A stretch of 56,433 nucleotides of DNA, counting the filler, from Sphacelaria rigidula (lineage: Eukaryota): NCBI GenBank assembly GCA_964200075.2. It is 3 parts of 3 records of this genome, joined end to end, with 100 filler letters (N's around TTAATTAATTAA, not from the genome) between each part and the next. Parts side by side here need not be neighbours in the genome. Positions count along the whole stretch, not along the records: positions 37,693 to 56,433 come from CAXNAA020000801.1; 2 more parts are not named here. One strand, 5' to 3'. Positions within the stretch are counted from its first letter, which is position 1, and each line of letters begins with the position of its first letter. The translations under genes were made by a program, and so were the position numbers. The notes below the pieces were generated by a model. It ran no database searches, was not told where the DNA came from, and worked only from the letters and a program-made list of their open reading frames with translations. This document shows, piece by piece, positions 46,201 to 56,433 of this stretch.

Positions 46201-49200
46201 TGATTTGTTTTTTACCTAGCTTGGGGTAGTCAGCCTGTGAACATGGAAAGAGTCCGCATCAGGTGTTCAGTACAGAGTACTGCGCAGATATCGGAACGGT
46301 TTTAAATATGAAGACAACAACATGCATGGACCCTTTTTTTCATGGTTTAACCGCATTTTACTAGAAACCTTGAAAGTGATTATTGCCTTCAACTCATAAA
46401 AAAAAACTCTTCGGGTTCACGCACAACTGTTTTTATCGTGCCCTATTGACTGTCCATACCGGCTTTTAGAGTCCACCTCTAATACCCGGTCGCCCCGGTG
46501 GCTCAGTTGGTAACTTCGTAACCTTCTGACGGTTGAGTTGTGGGGTTCGATTCCCGGAGAGATCTGGAATTTTTTCTTACACCATGCCCGACAGTGGAGA
46601 GCGACTATGTCGTGGATACACAAAATTCGACTTGACGGCCGACGAGGGAAAGGGACTGCTGAACCCCTCTAGCGATAAAACATAAAGGCAAGCACCGCAG
46701 AAGGAAGGTGGAGCACTATAAAGAAAAAAATCCTGTGTTGACCTTCCTCCTGTGTGACCCAGGCTGATGCGCCCACATATCCCGAAAAGGGTAGACTGGC
46801 GCCCAGAATAAATGGGACGACAACACGCACACACACAACAACACACACTCTAAGTATTAAATTGCGAACGGGCCGTTCAAAAATCGGGTCGGTAATATTC
46901 GGAACATTATTTTGCGGGCCACTTACCGGCTCACGTTTGGTGTTTGTGTATTGAATTTTTGTGTGGGACGTCGCTAGAGCATGATGAACTATGGAAAGTG
47001 GGTCAGGTCGTTTTAGTATGGTATCGACCATTTTTTTACGATAACGCCCGAACCTCTCCAAAGAACAATAAAATGAGGGCCATTTTTATTATTATCCAGC
47101 ATACCTTATCGCCGCGTGCTGCCAGCCTTGGCTTTTTTGCATCCTTGTCTCCTCACGGAGCGTCTGCTGCTGCATATTACAGATGAATGATTTTCGAATC
47201 ACTCACCCCTTTCAATGGGATCTGAACGTCATCCAAGACTTTCAGCTCCTCAATGTGAGGGGTCACATTTTCTACAATTTTTTACATTTTTGGAGGAAAA
47301 ACAAGCCACAACTAACAGCAAATAAGGCATTTTTTCTCACCTCCGGTTTGCCTCCGGCGGCGCTCCCGCGGAGCCTCATCACCATACGGGAGGGGACGTT
47401 CGCAGCTCGCGGCTTCGCCGCGAGCCGCCGATGTTTTTCCAGTTAATCGGCGAAGCCGATTAACTGGAAAAACATCGATGTACTGGCCGCTGGCGCGCCC
47501 AGTTTGAACTTAATTGGCCAAGGCGGCCAGTTCACAGCCCTTTTTTTTCATGTTTTGGAGCCTTCAAGTCGCGAGTGCACCAACAGAAATGCCTTCTATG
47601 GATATAGCGCTTGAAGAGAGCTCTTCAGCATGGCTGTCAGTGCCCACGTTGCGGTCGCGCAACCTAAATTACCATAGAGTGCCTCGACAGGGGCCTGACT
47701 TCCGTTTTGTGAACACACTCAAAAACGCACCTAACTTGTACCTCCACCACCCTGCTCCGATGTATTCAGTCACAAGTATGATGACGGAAGGAAAAATACT
47801 CTCAAACAAGCAGAACAAGAAGCGCGCGGCGCGGCTCAATCCTGTCGACCACGAAAATGTTGGCATCTTCATTGTTGGGGCCATCAACTGTATATATGAA
47901 AATTCAGAACACAACGAATGCAGGCGGGGATAGTTCCGTCATTCTCCAGGTGCCCGATGCAGATGCAACAGGTGAAAACCCCTGAGCTGTGAAACGGTCT
48001 CAGCTTATTCCCGCTGCTCGCCTTACCGTCGGCGTGCTTGGTTCAAACCCCATCCTGATCGACACACAGGGCCGGGAATCAGACCACCGCATATTCCGGA
48101 TTTCACGCCGCCGTTACCGCCGGGAATCGGATTCAAGCGGAGCAGGGAACAGGCTGCCAGATCGGGGAGAAGTGCAGCAGAGGTGAGCCTCGAAAAACAG
48201 TGAAGGGTCGAGGGAGCTTTTGATCGCGCCTTGAGCACGCGAGTCAGTGTTGCGAGTCTTCATCGAGAGAATGTGAATGAGTCTGTCCCGTATCGACTCC
48301 ATGTCTGGAGTGCTCGATGCTGTACACACGAGCCCGGTGTGTCATGGACGAAGGCAGGCTGCCGACCCTGTCGCAACTGCGGCTCCACCCAACCTGCACT
48401 GGTGGAGAGCAGTGCGATGTGCGCGGTAACCACGGCGCTCTGCAAGTGCGTTGTCGCGAAGCTCCGAGGCGCAAAATGTTCTCTTCCTCTTCCAGGGAAC
48501 TATACTAGCACCCACTATCACGAAACTAAGGTGACGGAAAACGTTGCTGAGACGTCAGAGAAATACTGGCGTTGTCAACTGCGTTCAGCGTCTGCCTCGA
48601 GTTACCCGAGGCATTCCGAAAATGAGGACGAGTCCGAGTAGAGTTTTACGATCATTTGCTCGGAAATACGAGAATGAGCTTGACTCATGCCTTTTTAAGT
48701 GACATCGCAGATGAGCCCACCAACAAATCCCGATTCGTCGGCGAGTGAGAGTAAATTGTTGTTATGCAACTCGTGGACAACTGTAGAACCGCTCGTCAGG
48801 GAACAACCCGAAAGTCTTGCTTGTGTGGGATGAACGTTATCGCAAAAAATACCTGTCCAACGTGTGTCGATTTGTATATGGTGAAACAAACGTAGGAGTC
48901 TTTCGAGTTCGGAATCAAAGTGCGCTGATACATTGTGTTTGTGTCAGATTTCCCCACGAGAGTACGAAAAAATGTGCAACACGTTCCGCTTCGGGTGTCC
49001 CGGACTTGAAAAACGATATCGGTAGAACCTGTGTGTGCTGGGCAGCTCTGTTCTTCAGGCGCAACGTGATCCGACGCCTCAAAGCTTGGTGATTTGTTTG
49101 TGGCTTTCGTCCGTACCGTTCTAAATCTTACTTCAATCATGAAGAGGCTTCCTCCATGAGTTGCAACGATGCGTCTTGCTTGTTTCTCGTTCGAGTCACC

Positions 49201-50129
49201 CCCCCACACAAGCACGCACCGCGTTGTTTCGCGCGCAGATCCGACCGGAGCGATTGAAACGACAAAGGCAGGGCGAAGCGGCACTCCGAAATCTGGGCCC
49301 GCCCGTCGCCGCGCCCCCGTACCCTTCGATAGCCACCGCAGCCGCCGCCGTCGACGTCGACGTCGACGACAATAATCATCGACACGATCACGATCACGAT
49401 CGCAAAACCACCGCAGTAGCGACTTCCACACCAAAAAGTTCTTCGTCAGCCCCAAGTTCAAGTTCAACCAGCAGAAAAATCAAGATCACGTCGAGCGCAT
49501 TGCGAGACGGCCGAGAAGGGAGCGGTAGCGGCGGTAGCGGCGGAAAGGGGAGCAGCGCAGGAGAGCACCAGAGAAACGGAGCATCCCCGATCCGAAAGCT
49601 CAAGCTGTCCACGGGAAGCCTGGGTAGCAAGAAGAGTTCGATGGGAAGCGGGGGTAGATCTGGGGGTGGGTCGGGCGGGGTTCACTCTTCATCTTCGTAT
49701 TTCGTTCCGAAAAAATCCAACGGCAGCGGTTCCTCTTCTTCAGGCAAAATTTCATCGTCGGCACATCGAGGAGGCGTTTTGAAAGAGGGGCGGGGGGGGT
49801 CAGGGGGAGGACGGGACAGTCCGAGAGTGGGTGCAGTGTCTGGTGGTGGTAGTAGTGGTGGTAGTAGTAGTAGTGGGAAAAGCAAAAACGGAATGGTCGC
49901 GGGGGCGGGAGGGTCTGCATCCGGCGCGGGAAAGAGGGGCGGCTTGCCGAAGATGGGTTTTAGAGCGATAGCGCCGGCGGCTGTGAGTGCGAAAGCGTCA
50001 GCGGCGGCGGCAGCGAACGTTCCCGGAATGGCGGCCGGACTGAAGCGGCCGAAGGGTGGGGTAGGCGGGGGGGGCAGGGGTGCGTTTGGTAGACTGAACG
50101 ACTCGTCCAGGGAGGACCGAATTTTAGAG
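39410..50129 (+). CDS. TAF8: TFIID subunit 8-like protein (bromodomain-associated histone fold plus TAF8 C-terminal motif). Exons 39410-39484, 41386-41460, 43249-43356, 44123-44537, 48070-48182, 49239-50129; last exon not located.
   Basis: Spliced translation DEFARVLTKQ|AAAHVCVALGFTATTAGALECLTDV|VQRYLEDMAKRT...AGRTEANVADVLQGFQQM|...QPFHHAVPAFP...|RPPHIPDFTPPLPP...|IRPERLKRQRQGEAALRNL. Junctions are GT-AG and phase-compatible. The start codon could lie further upstream. Confidence 0.85.
43161..43206 (+). repeat. (GT)n microsatellite
   Basis: Pure GT run near the 3' end of an intron. Confidence 0.95.
45546..45688. mobile_element. Older copy of the same palindromic MITE
   Basis: TIRs CACACCCTGGAC/GTCCAGGGTGTG. 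The right arm is highly similar to 52079-52147. No TSD is retained. Confidence 0.8.
46492..46848 (+). mobile_element. tRNA(Arg-TCT)-like SINE in a TAF8-like gene intron
   Basis: Pol III A box TGGCTCAGTTGG, loop CTTCTGA, B box GGTTCGATTCC, a ~280-bp unique body and a (CA)/(CAA) tail. Three copies occur in the window. Confidence 0.85.
47405..47477. repeat. Two adjacent perfect hairpins: 9-bp stem with TTC loop, and 23-bp stem with GAA loop
   Basis: GCTCGCGGC-TTC-GCCGCGAGC at 47405-47425. CGATGTTTTTCCAGTTAATCGGC-GAA-GCCGATTAACTGGAAAAACATCG at 47429-47477. Confidence 0.95.
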
Positions 50130-50589
50130 GTGAGTGTGAGGGAGCTAGGCATTGGTTACGTCCGTACGGTGGGGAGCAAATGTGTGTGTGAGTTTGTATT
50201 CAATATGTTTTTAGAAGGTTTTTAGAAGTGTTTTTTTTTGGTTCCTTGTGACATTACTTCAGACACGAAAAATAAAATTGTCGACCCCTTCGTAACGAAG
50301 ATCGATCTAGCGTCAGCCGACGCTGAAGTTGTCGGTTTTCTGTAGAAATGCGCTCCGCTACGTTATATCAGGATATCCGCGCCGGAACAAAACGAAATCC
50401 GGTGGAGGGATCCGTTCATCCTCCGGATTAGTGTTGCCGTTGGCAATCCGTTATCCGGCTGGAACAAAGCCCTCCATCCGGAGAAAACCGCCGTCTCATA
50501 GCCTTTCCTTGGCCGGTAGTAGGGATAGCCGCGTAGGTAGCATAATGGATGATGACACCACGGAAGAAACTGAGATGAAGCTCAGGTAA

Positions 50590-50755
50590 TGGGCGACGGA
50601 TGGACCCAAGTACAAGTTCTCACACTCGTTGCGCACGTCGCTTGTAGCGCGCGAGTTGTTCCGGCATCGTCAGGTCTAGTGATGACTCAGCGTCAACACA
50701 GACTCCATCCAGAGCGAGTTGAAACGCTCATGGCCCTCAAGGTTTCTTGGGTCAA
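50590..50755 (+). pseudogene. hAT transposase C-terminal dimerisation-domain remnant
   Basis: ARVVPASSGLVMTQRQHRLHPERVETLMALK resembles the hATC motif ERxFS.aG.v.t.rR.rL....ve.l..lk. ATCCGG-rich subterminal-like repeats lie upstream at 50370-50480. Confidence 0.6.
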
Positions 50756-52009
50756 CGGCTCCGGGAGTGATTGTGTTTGGTCCCCAATGAACTGAGACAA
50801 CAGGTAGCCTGGCTGAAGGCTTTTCGTGATCTATTTTGCCGTATTTCATGACCTACGTTCTTGGTTCTTGCAGTATAATAAGTGGACTGGAATCGTCAGG
50901 TCGGAAATACTTGTAAGCTCGATTCCCTCCAGGTAAAAGCTTTCAGTAGTTTGGATTTTTTCTGCGATCTGATTTCCCGTCGTTGAATGCTTCACGACGT
51001 GAGTCATGCAGGGCTCTCCGCCACGGATAGCCCGGTCAATCAGGGGTACTGCAGAAGCTATAATGGTGTATTTGTGACGTAATCCACGGCTCTGCTTCAT
51101 CGTTAAAACCCACGCACGTTCAGTTTAGGGGGCGCTAAAGGGCATCTTCCTTTCTTGATTCTATTCGCCCTCCGTTCGTCATTTCATGCTCCGGATATGC
51201 GCCAATTTTTGCAATCCGCGGAGTTTTCCGAAGGAGACCGTCCAAAACCTTTATCCGCTCCCGAGCGTTCTTTATGTCGCGGAGCACATCTTCAGTTTTT
51301 TTTCTAGTCCTCGTTGTAGACGGGTGTGTCGGTTGAGGAGGCAGGCGCGCTTGGGGGAGGCGGGGTTCTAACAAGATGTTTTTTTGTCGGTGTTTTGCGA
51401 CTTCCCGTCGCTTGCGTGTGAGCCAGGCCGGCTTGAGGTGCTGATGGCTAGCTCCCGCTACCAGCGACACTGTTGAGAAATTCTTGTCGTGAGTCGGAAG
51501 GTTAAAGAAAGGTTCACTCTCAGACCGCGAGGGTAGTTTACCCGGATCATGCATACTTTTTTCAACTGAAATTTATGTCGATTCAACAGATGACCTACTC
51601 TTGCGATCTAAGGGCTAACGGGGTCGGTTTCATGGTTTTGCTCCAGAGGTCGTGAGTGCACTGACACAGCATTCATGTACGCAGGTGGGGTGGCACAGTG
51701 ATGCTGCGTGCGTTTGGCTGTCTTTTGTTCTGTCATTTTCGTCAGACGTCACATATTCGAGGTGAGCCCGACCCTCACTCTGGACGATTTCGCAGACAGT
51801 CAGCCCCCATGCGGGGCGAACCTCCTCCCCCCGCTAGACCGTGCTTTGGATCATGACCATGGTTCGTTTCACTATACTTTCTTGCTATTCCTACCCTGTA
51901 CGATCCTGTGAGGGGCAGCTCCTCGCTCAGGACAATCGTCCCGATCAACACCGGCAAATTGGATGTCCTATCTAGCCACCACCCCTCCCGATCCGACTCT
52001 GCTGTATTG

Positions 52010-52147
52010 CATACCCTGGACAAAAGAATACACGGTAAAAAAATGTACTACGTACAGTATGGAATCTATTGTCTATTGCAATAGACAACAGATTCCATAC
52101 TGTACGCCGTACATTTTTTTACCGTGTATTCTATTGTCCAGGGTATG
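52010..52147. mobile_element. Fully palindromic hAT-type MITE
   Basis: Two 69-bp arms that are almost perfectly complementary (about 4 mismatches) with no spacer. Termini CATACCCTGG/CCAGGGTATG. 8-bp TSD CTGTATTG at 52002-52009 and 52148-52155. Confidence 0.88.
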
Positions 52148-53145
52148 CTGTATTGAGTAAACCGCTGGTATCGTCGATGCTCGGGAATTTCAGTACTTGT
52201 GTTTTTTCAGGGGAGGGTGTTGAGCTTGATCTATTGAAAGATGTTTGGGGCAGGGTGTCCTCTAAAGGAAACGTACGCCGGGGTACCCGGAATTTTCACA
52301 GTTTTTAGAGTGCTCGAGACTCCAGGGTATGAAATGCTTCAAATACCCAGTACTCTGGGATATGCCCAGTACCGACTGCCGAAAATGCTCGAGTACCTCA
52401 TGGTATCTCGGGTATTCACCCCGCGAAGTTACCTGTGTGGTATCCAGAGTACTGGGTCCTGGTACTCAGTACCCCAGATACCTTGGTACTGACTGCCGAT
52501 GATATTTGATATTTTCAGGGTACGTATGGTACTGGATGTAAACTCAAGAGCCTGACGAAGTATCTCTGGTTCAAAAACCCACATGACATTACGATATCTG
52601 AGGCCTGATTGCTTGAAAGAGGAGGGAGAAGTTGTCCGTGAGTCGAAAAGGTCTCCACATGAAGTTGACGCTATTCGACGTGCCTGGGGCGCGCGTATCT
52701 GGGGTACAACGCCGAAAACAAAGCCCCAGGATATATTCTACACTAAAAACAAGTAACATTTAGACGAATCATTATTCGTCTGACCCTTGGAATGTTCACA
52801 ATACTCAGTATTGTACTCAGTATTCCAGGACACTCAGGGTATCAACAGCCCAAGATACCCCGCGTTGTGCGCTGCCCTACCCAGTGCACCTTTTGGATCC
52901 TTCCTGGCGACAGGTTTTTGCGACTGCAATACAGGGAAAGTTGAATTTTCCCCCCTTGGTTTTTCCGGGTAAGGGATTGATAATTTGGAATCTGGGCTAG
53001 TCACGTGTCCGTCTGTCTGTATTTCGCACCTCAAGCATGACGCACCGCGCGTCCCATGCATTTCACCTCCGATAGGGCGAAAGCCCTTCGGGTGCCTAGA
53101 GGTGGTCGCAGGAATGCTGCGCAGACCAAATCTAGTCTCCGAAGT

Positions 53146-53147
<2 letters not shown>

Positions 53148-53186
<39 letters not shown>
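53148..53186 (+). repeat. (GT)n microsatellite
   Basis: Pure TG/GT run. Confidence 0.95.
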
Positions 53187-53190
<4 letters not shown>

Positions 53191-55969
53191 GGCTCGCGCA
53201 AGGTTCGCTGTGCCTCGAAGGTATTTTCCCGAAGTTTACGCAACTGTTACGCTGCTAGAAGCGACCGTGATGCGGGTCGTCCGTGGCGAGTGCCGAAATA
53301 TGGAATATTCAGAAAGCCCTACAATGGTCGCGTGCCTACTGACTCACGATGGCGCCTCACGCGCAACTGAGTTCAGCTTGTGATGAATGTAGATCCACGT
53401 GTCACGGTTTCATGTGTAACGGTTTTTTGTTCTTCCTTGCTCTCCATGATTGTCGTGTTTCATAATTGTGTTGGTTTCGTGAGGAATTAAAGAGGGGGAG
53501 GGGGGGGGGAGCGTACTCATTTGTTGCTTGCCTTAGTCATTTGACCATTGACCACGCATCCCTTTCGAGACGGAGCATCAAAAAGGGGGGGGGGGGGTTC
53601 AGAAGTGCGTGCTGTGTGTTTTTTTGTTCAATGCCTAGAGATACTGTGTAATCATCGTAGTCGGCGAGGGTTCCATGCTGTTGGAGGATGACCAGAGTGA
53701 TGAACGCGTGCTGCATTGTCACCTGGGGACAGGTCGCTTGGCTTGATGGCTCGACCGGCTGAGGGGCAAAGAGTGCTTGGTTAGTGATGCAGACGTTTTT
53801 GAACAGATTCATCTTCGTACAAACTGCATCGTGGGTCTGTTTCCGCCGAATACACCCGATAGTACTTGGATTTGTCATCTCCACCAACAGCAATCGATCG
53901 TTGACGTGCTGGATACAGACCGCTTGTGCACCGCTAGAACTTTTCCAAGCACTCATTTCGGTGTTTTATCGCCTTGGGTATCTCTCATGTCATGATGACC
54001 ATATTTGCCGAGTATCAGTGTATGAACTACGACCATCAATCAAACGTACATGTTTTAATATTTGTCTCAATAACAGCACACCCCCTCCCCTTATTGATTC
54101 TCGATCCGTCGTTTCTACGGATGCTTTGAGTTATATTTTTGTAAACGTTCACCTCGAAACACTCGACCAACAACTAACTATACACACAACACACGCTACG
54201 TTTCATTGGGGGGATTGCAGGGCTTGGCTCCAGACGGTGGCGGCGACATGGAAGCAGCCGTATAGCACAAGGCCCTCGCCCCAACTGTGGATAAAGCGCA
54301 TTGATGAAGCACTCCTTTTTACTAAGATTTCTTTCTATCGTGGCGTGCGGGGACACCTGGAGGAGAGGAGAGTGGGGGAAGGGGGGGGGTTCACCGTTGA
54401 TTGACTACCTTTTGTATCCTGTGATGGTCGCGCCTTCAGAGGTCTTTCGGTGGGGGTTGCGACTGGCTCCGCTCATGTGTTCGTCTCAATGAATGTTGAC
54501 GCAACTGCGGATCTCTACTGTGGGCCGGTCTCTCAAGTCCAAAGCGCTCGAAGGTGGAAGATGGACCTTCATCGCAGGAGCACTTATTTTGGTGTTGGTC
54601 GCCGGTGCATCCGGGAGATCTTTGTGGGATACAGGAGCGCAGGATGAGGGATATCTTCGAGCAGAGTACAGGACGGTTCGCCGGTTGCCGCCCGAGTTGT
54701 GTTTTCTATATCCACAGTACTACCCTTCAGGAGTAGAGCTGGAATCGATTGCGATCACACACGTAAGGTAGGGGATCTTCCAAGTCTTCACTCGGTATCC
54801 ATCGTTGTCATCATCCATCGACGGTCAAGAAATTTACGAAAAGGATGCACTTGATTCGTTTTTGGCCTCGAATGTATATGTCACGACTCAACAATGGATT
54901 GCACGGCAGATGCTGGTATATATCGTACCATATGAAAGCTACATATGTTTGTATGTACTGCCCCTTCCGACCGCTAATATTACGAAGTGAAGAATTTGTG
55001 TGGGCACAACGTGCGCGAATCAGTGACCTGTTTCCTTATACATATTTCAGCTCGAAAGTGGCAGACCGGGGCACGCGGCTGGAATGCAGGAACGACTCAA
55101 ATTTGTACTTCCACATCCAACAGCGGCGTCATGGCTTCGGAACAAAAACACCACCTTGCGCATTTCGCTGGTGAATGACGTTCGGGGAGGGGGGGATGAT
55201 GGGTAGGGAGGGGGGGGGAGGGAGAGGGGACGAAAAATCATCGCGGGTGGTTGTGCTTGTGAGTTGCGTGCTTGAGCTTCTTAGGCGGAGAGTTGTAGCT
55301 CTTTTTGCCTTATGTTTTCTTCGTTTGTAGTACTGTCAGGAGCTTCAGCTGGGTTTTTCTTGTCTACTGTTGTGAACAACGTGAAACGCATTATTATTCT
55401 TATCTTATTATCATCATATTATTATTCCAACAAGGTTGGTCCTGCTTGGGCGAGTCACATGTCCAGACGCGGTTGAGACTATGAGACTGCACATACATTC
55501 CTGTGCTGCTTCGCAGAGTAATTGCTGGGTTCATGCTTGCGGGCAGCAGCAGGAGCAGTAGCTGGCTGGTTGTGTCTCTACTTACGGCTACTCTATTCCT
55601 CTTGGGTAATAACGTGGTGGCCATTGCGTACCACCATCACTGTTGTTTGGTGCATCACCGTCCTCACCTGTTATTTCTTGTGGCAGCTCTCTACTGTTCA
55701 CGTCTGAAATGATACGTATCACAAGTGTAATGACCTGTTCGCCAGATTGAGTGTCTAGCGTTTGATTGGGTTTAGCTCTTCAATCCATCTTCACTTGGAA
55801 AAAATTTACTGCTTGACCCAGATTGTGAACCCTGGCGGCCCCTGAGGGTTGTCAACATTCACATTCCGAAGACTTCATTGCTATGGATACGTAATCCGAG
55901 ATTAAACGAACACAAACATTCCGTTTTTTGGGATCACGGATATTTAACACCCTTTACTCGCATTCGAAA

Positions 55970-56433
55970 TATTAATCCGAAGGAGACCTTTGGAATGCTC
56001 GTCATTATCTGCGACGCATGATTGAAACCTGCTGGATGTAGAACAACGTTTTCGTCGAGATTGAGAGTAGAGCGCTGATTGAGAGCGGCTTTGATCGTTC
56101 TCCTTAACGTAGCCATCGTTCATTCTGCGCGTGCTTTTCTTTCCCTCCATCATTGGCGTGTGCTTACAGCTACACGTCGATATCCTACTCAGGGATATCA
56201 AGGACTTCAGTGGCCAGTTACTACAGAAAGCATATCGGGTCTCGTTCGTGGAGTGGCATTTCGGAACTGAAACGATTCATATAAAAGTTGATCGCTTTTC
56301 ACCCTTTATTAATCCGAAGGAGACCTTTGGAATGCTCGTCATTATCTGCGACGCATGATTGAAACCTGCTGGATGTAGAACAACGTTTTCGTCGAGATTG
56401 AGAGTAGAGCGCTGATTGAGAGCGGCTTTGATC
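55970..56433 (+). repeat. Exact direct repeat, period 337 bp (55970-56096 = 56307-56433), running off the window end
   Basis: Identical 127-bp segments starting TATTAATCCGAAGGAGACC. Confidence 0.92.

Noticed and set aside
46492-46565. Possible tRNA-Arg gene (also at 37519 and 38726)
   Set aside because: The acceptor stem does not close properly, and the copies share a long non-tRNA body and tail, so these are SINE heads.
53784-54404. 206-aa ORF
   Set aside because: It has a GTG start, no recognisable motif and a non-coding-like composition. No credible final TAF8 exon could be placed here either.

Overview
Eukaryotic, intron-rich, TE-rich DNA, most consistent with a brown alga or related stramenopile (inferred from gene structure and TE types, not from a search). 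The window is three sequence blocks joined by 100-bp artificial spacers (N44-TTAATTAATTAA-N44 at 18748-18847 and 37593-37692), so adjacency across them is not guaranteed. Block 1 (1-18747) holds the 5' parts of two divergent spliced genes: a DmX/Rav1 (rabconnectin-3 alpha)-like WD40 gene (-) and a sacsin-like GHKL gene (+). Block 2 (18848-37592) is a nest of related Ty3/Gypsy LTR retrotransposons plus a decayed RTE LINE. It contains one decayed full-length chromodomain element with a WVDD RT motif and several pol-less relatives. Block 3 (37693-56433) holds a spliced TAF8-like gene whose introns and flanks carry tRNA-derived SINEs, palindromic hAT-type MITEs, a hAT remnant and a perfect GCGAAGC-capped hairpin. 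The most unusual observations are in the LTR family. All three copies with a visible 5' junction have a palindrome (ATAAACGTTTAT or a variant) where a tRNA primer-binding site should be. The pol-less members carry a conserved extra region that includes a repeat-plus-transmembrane ORF. Exon coordinates were read by eye and are approximate where stated.
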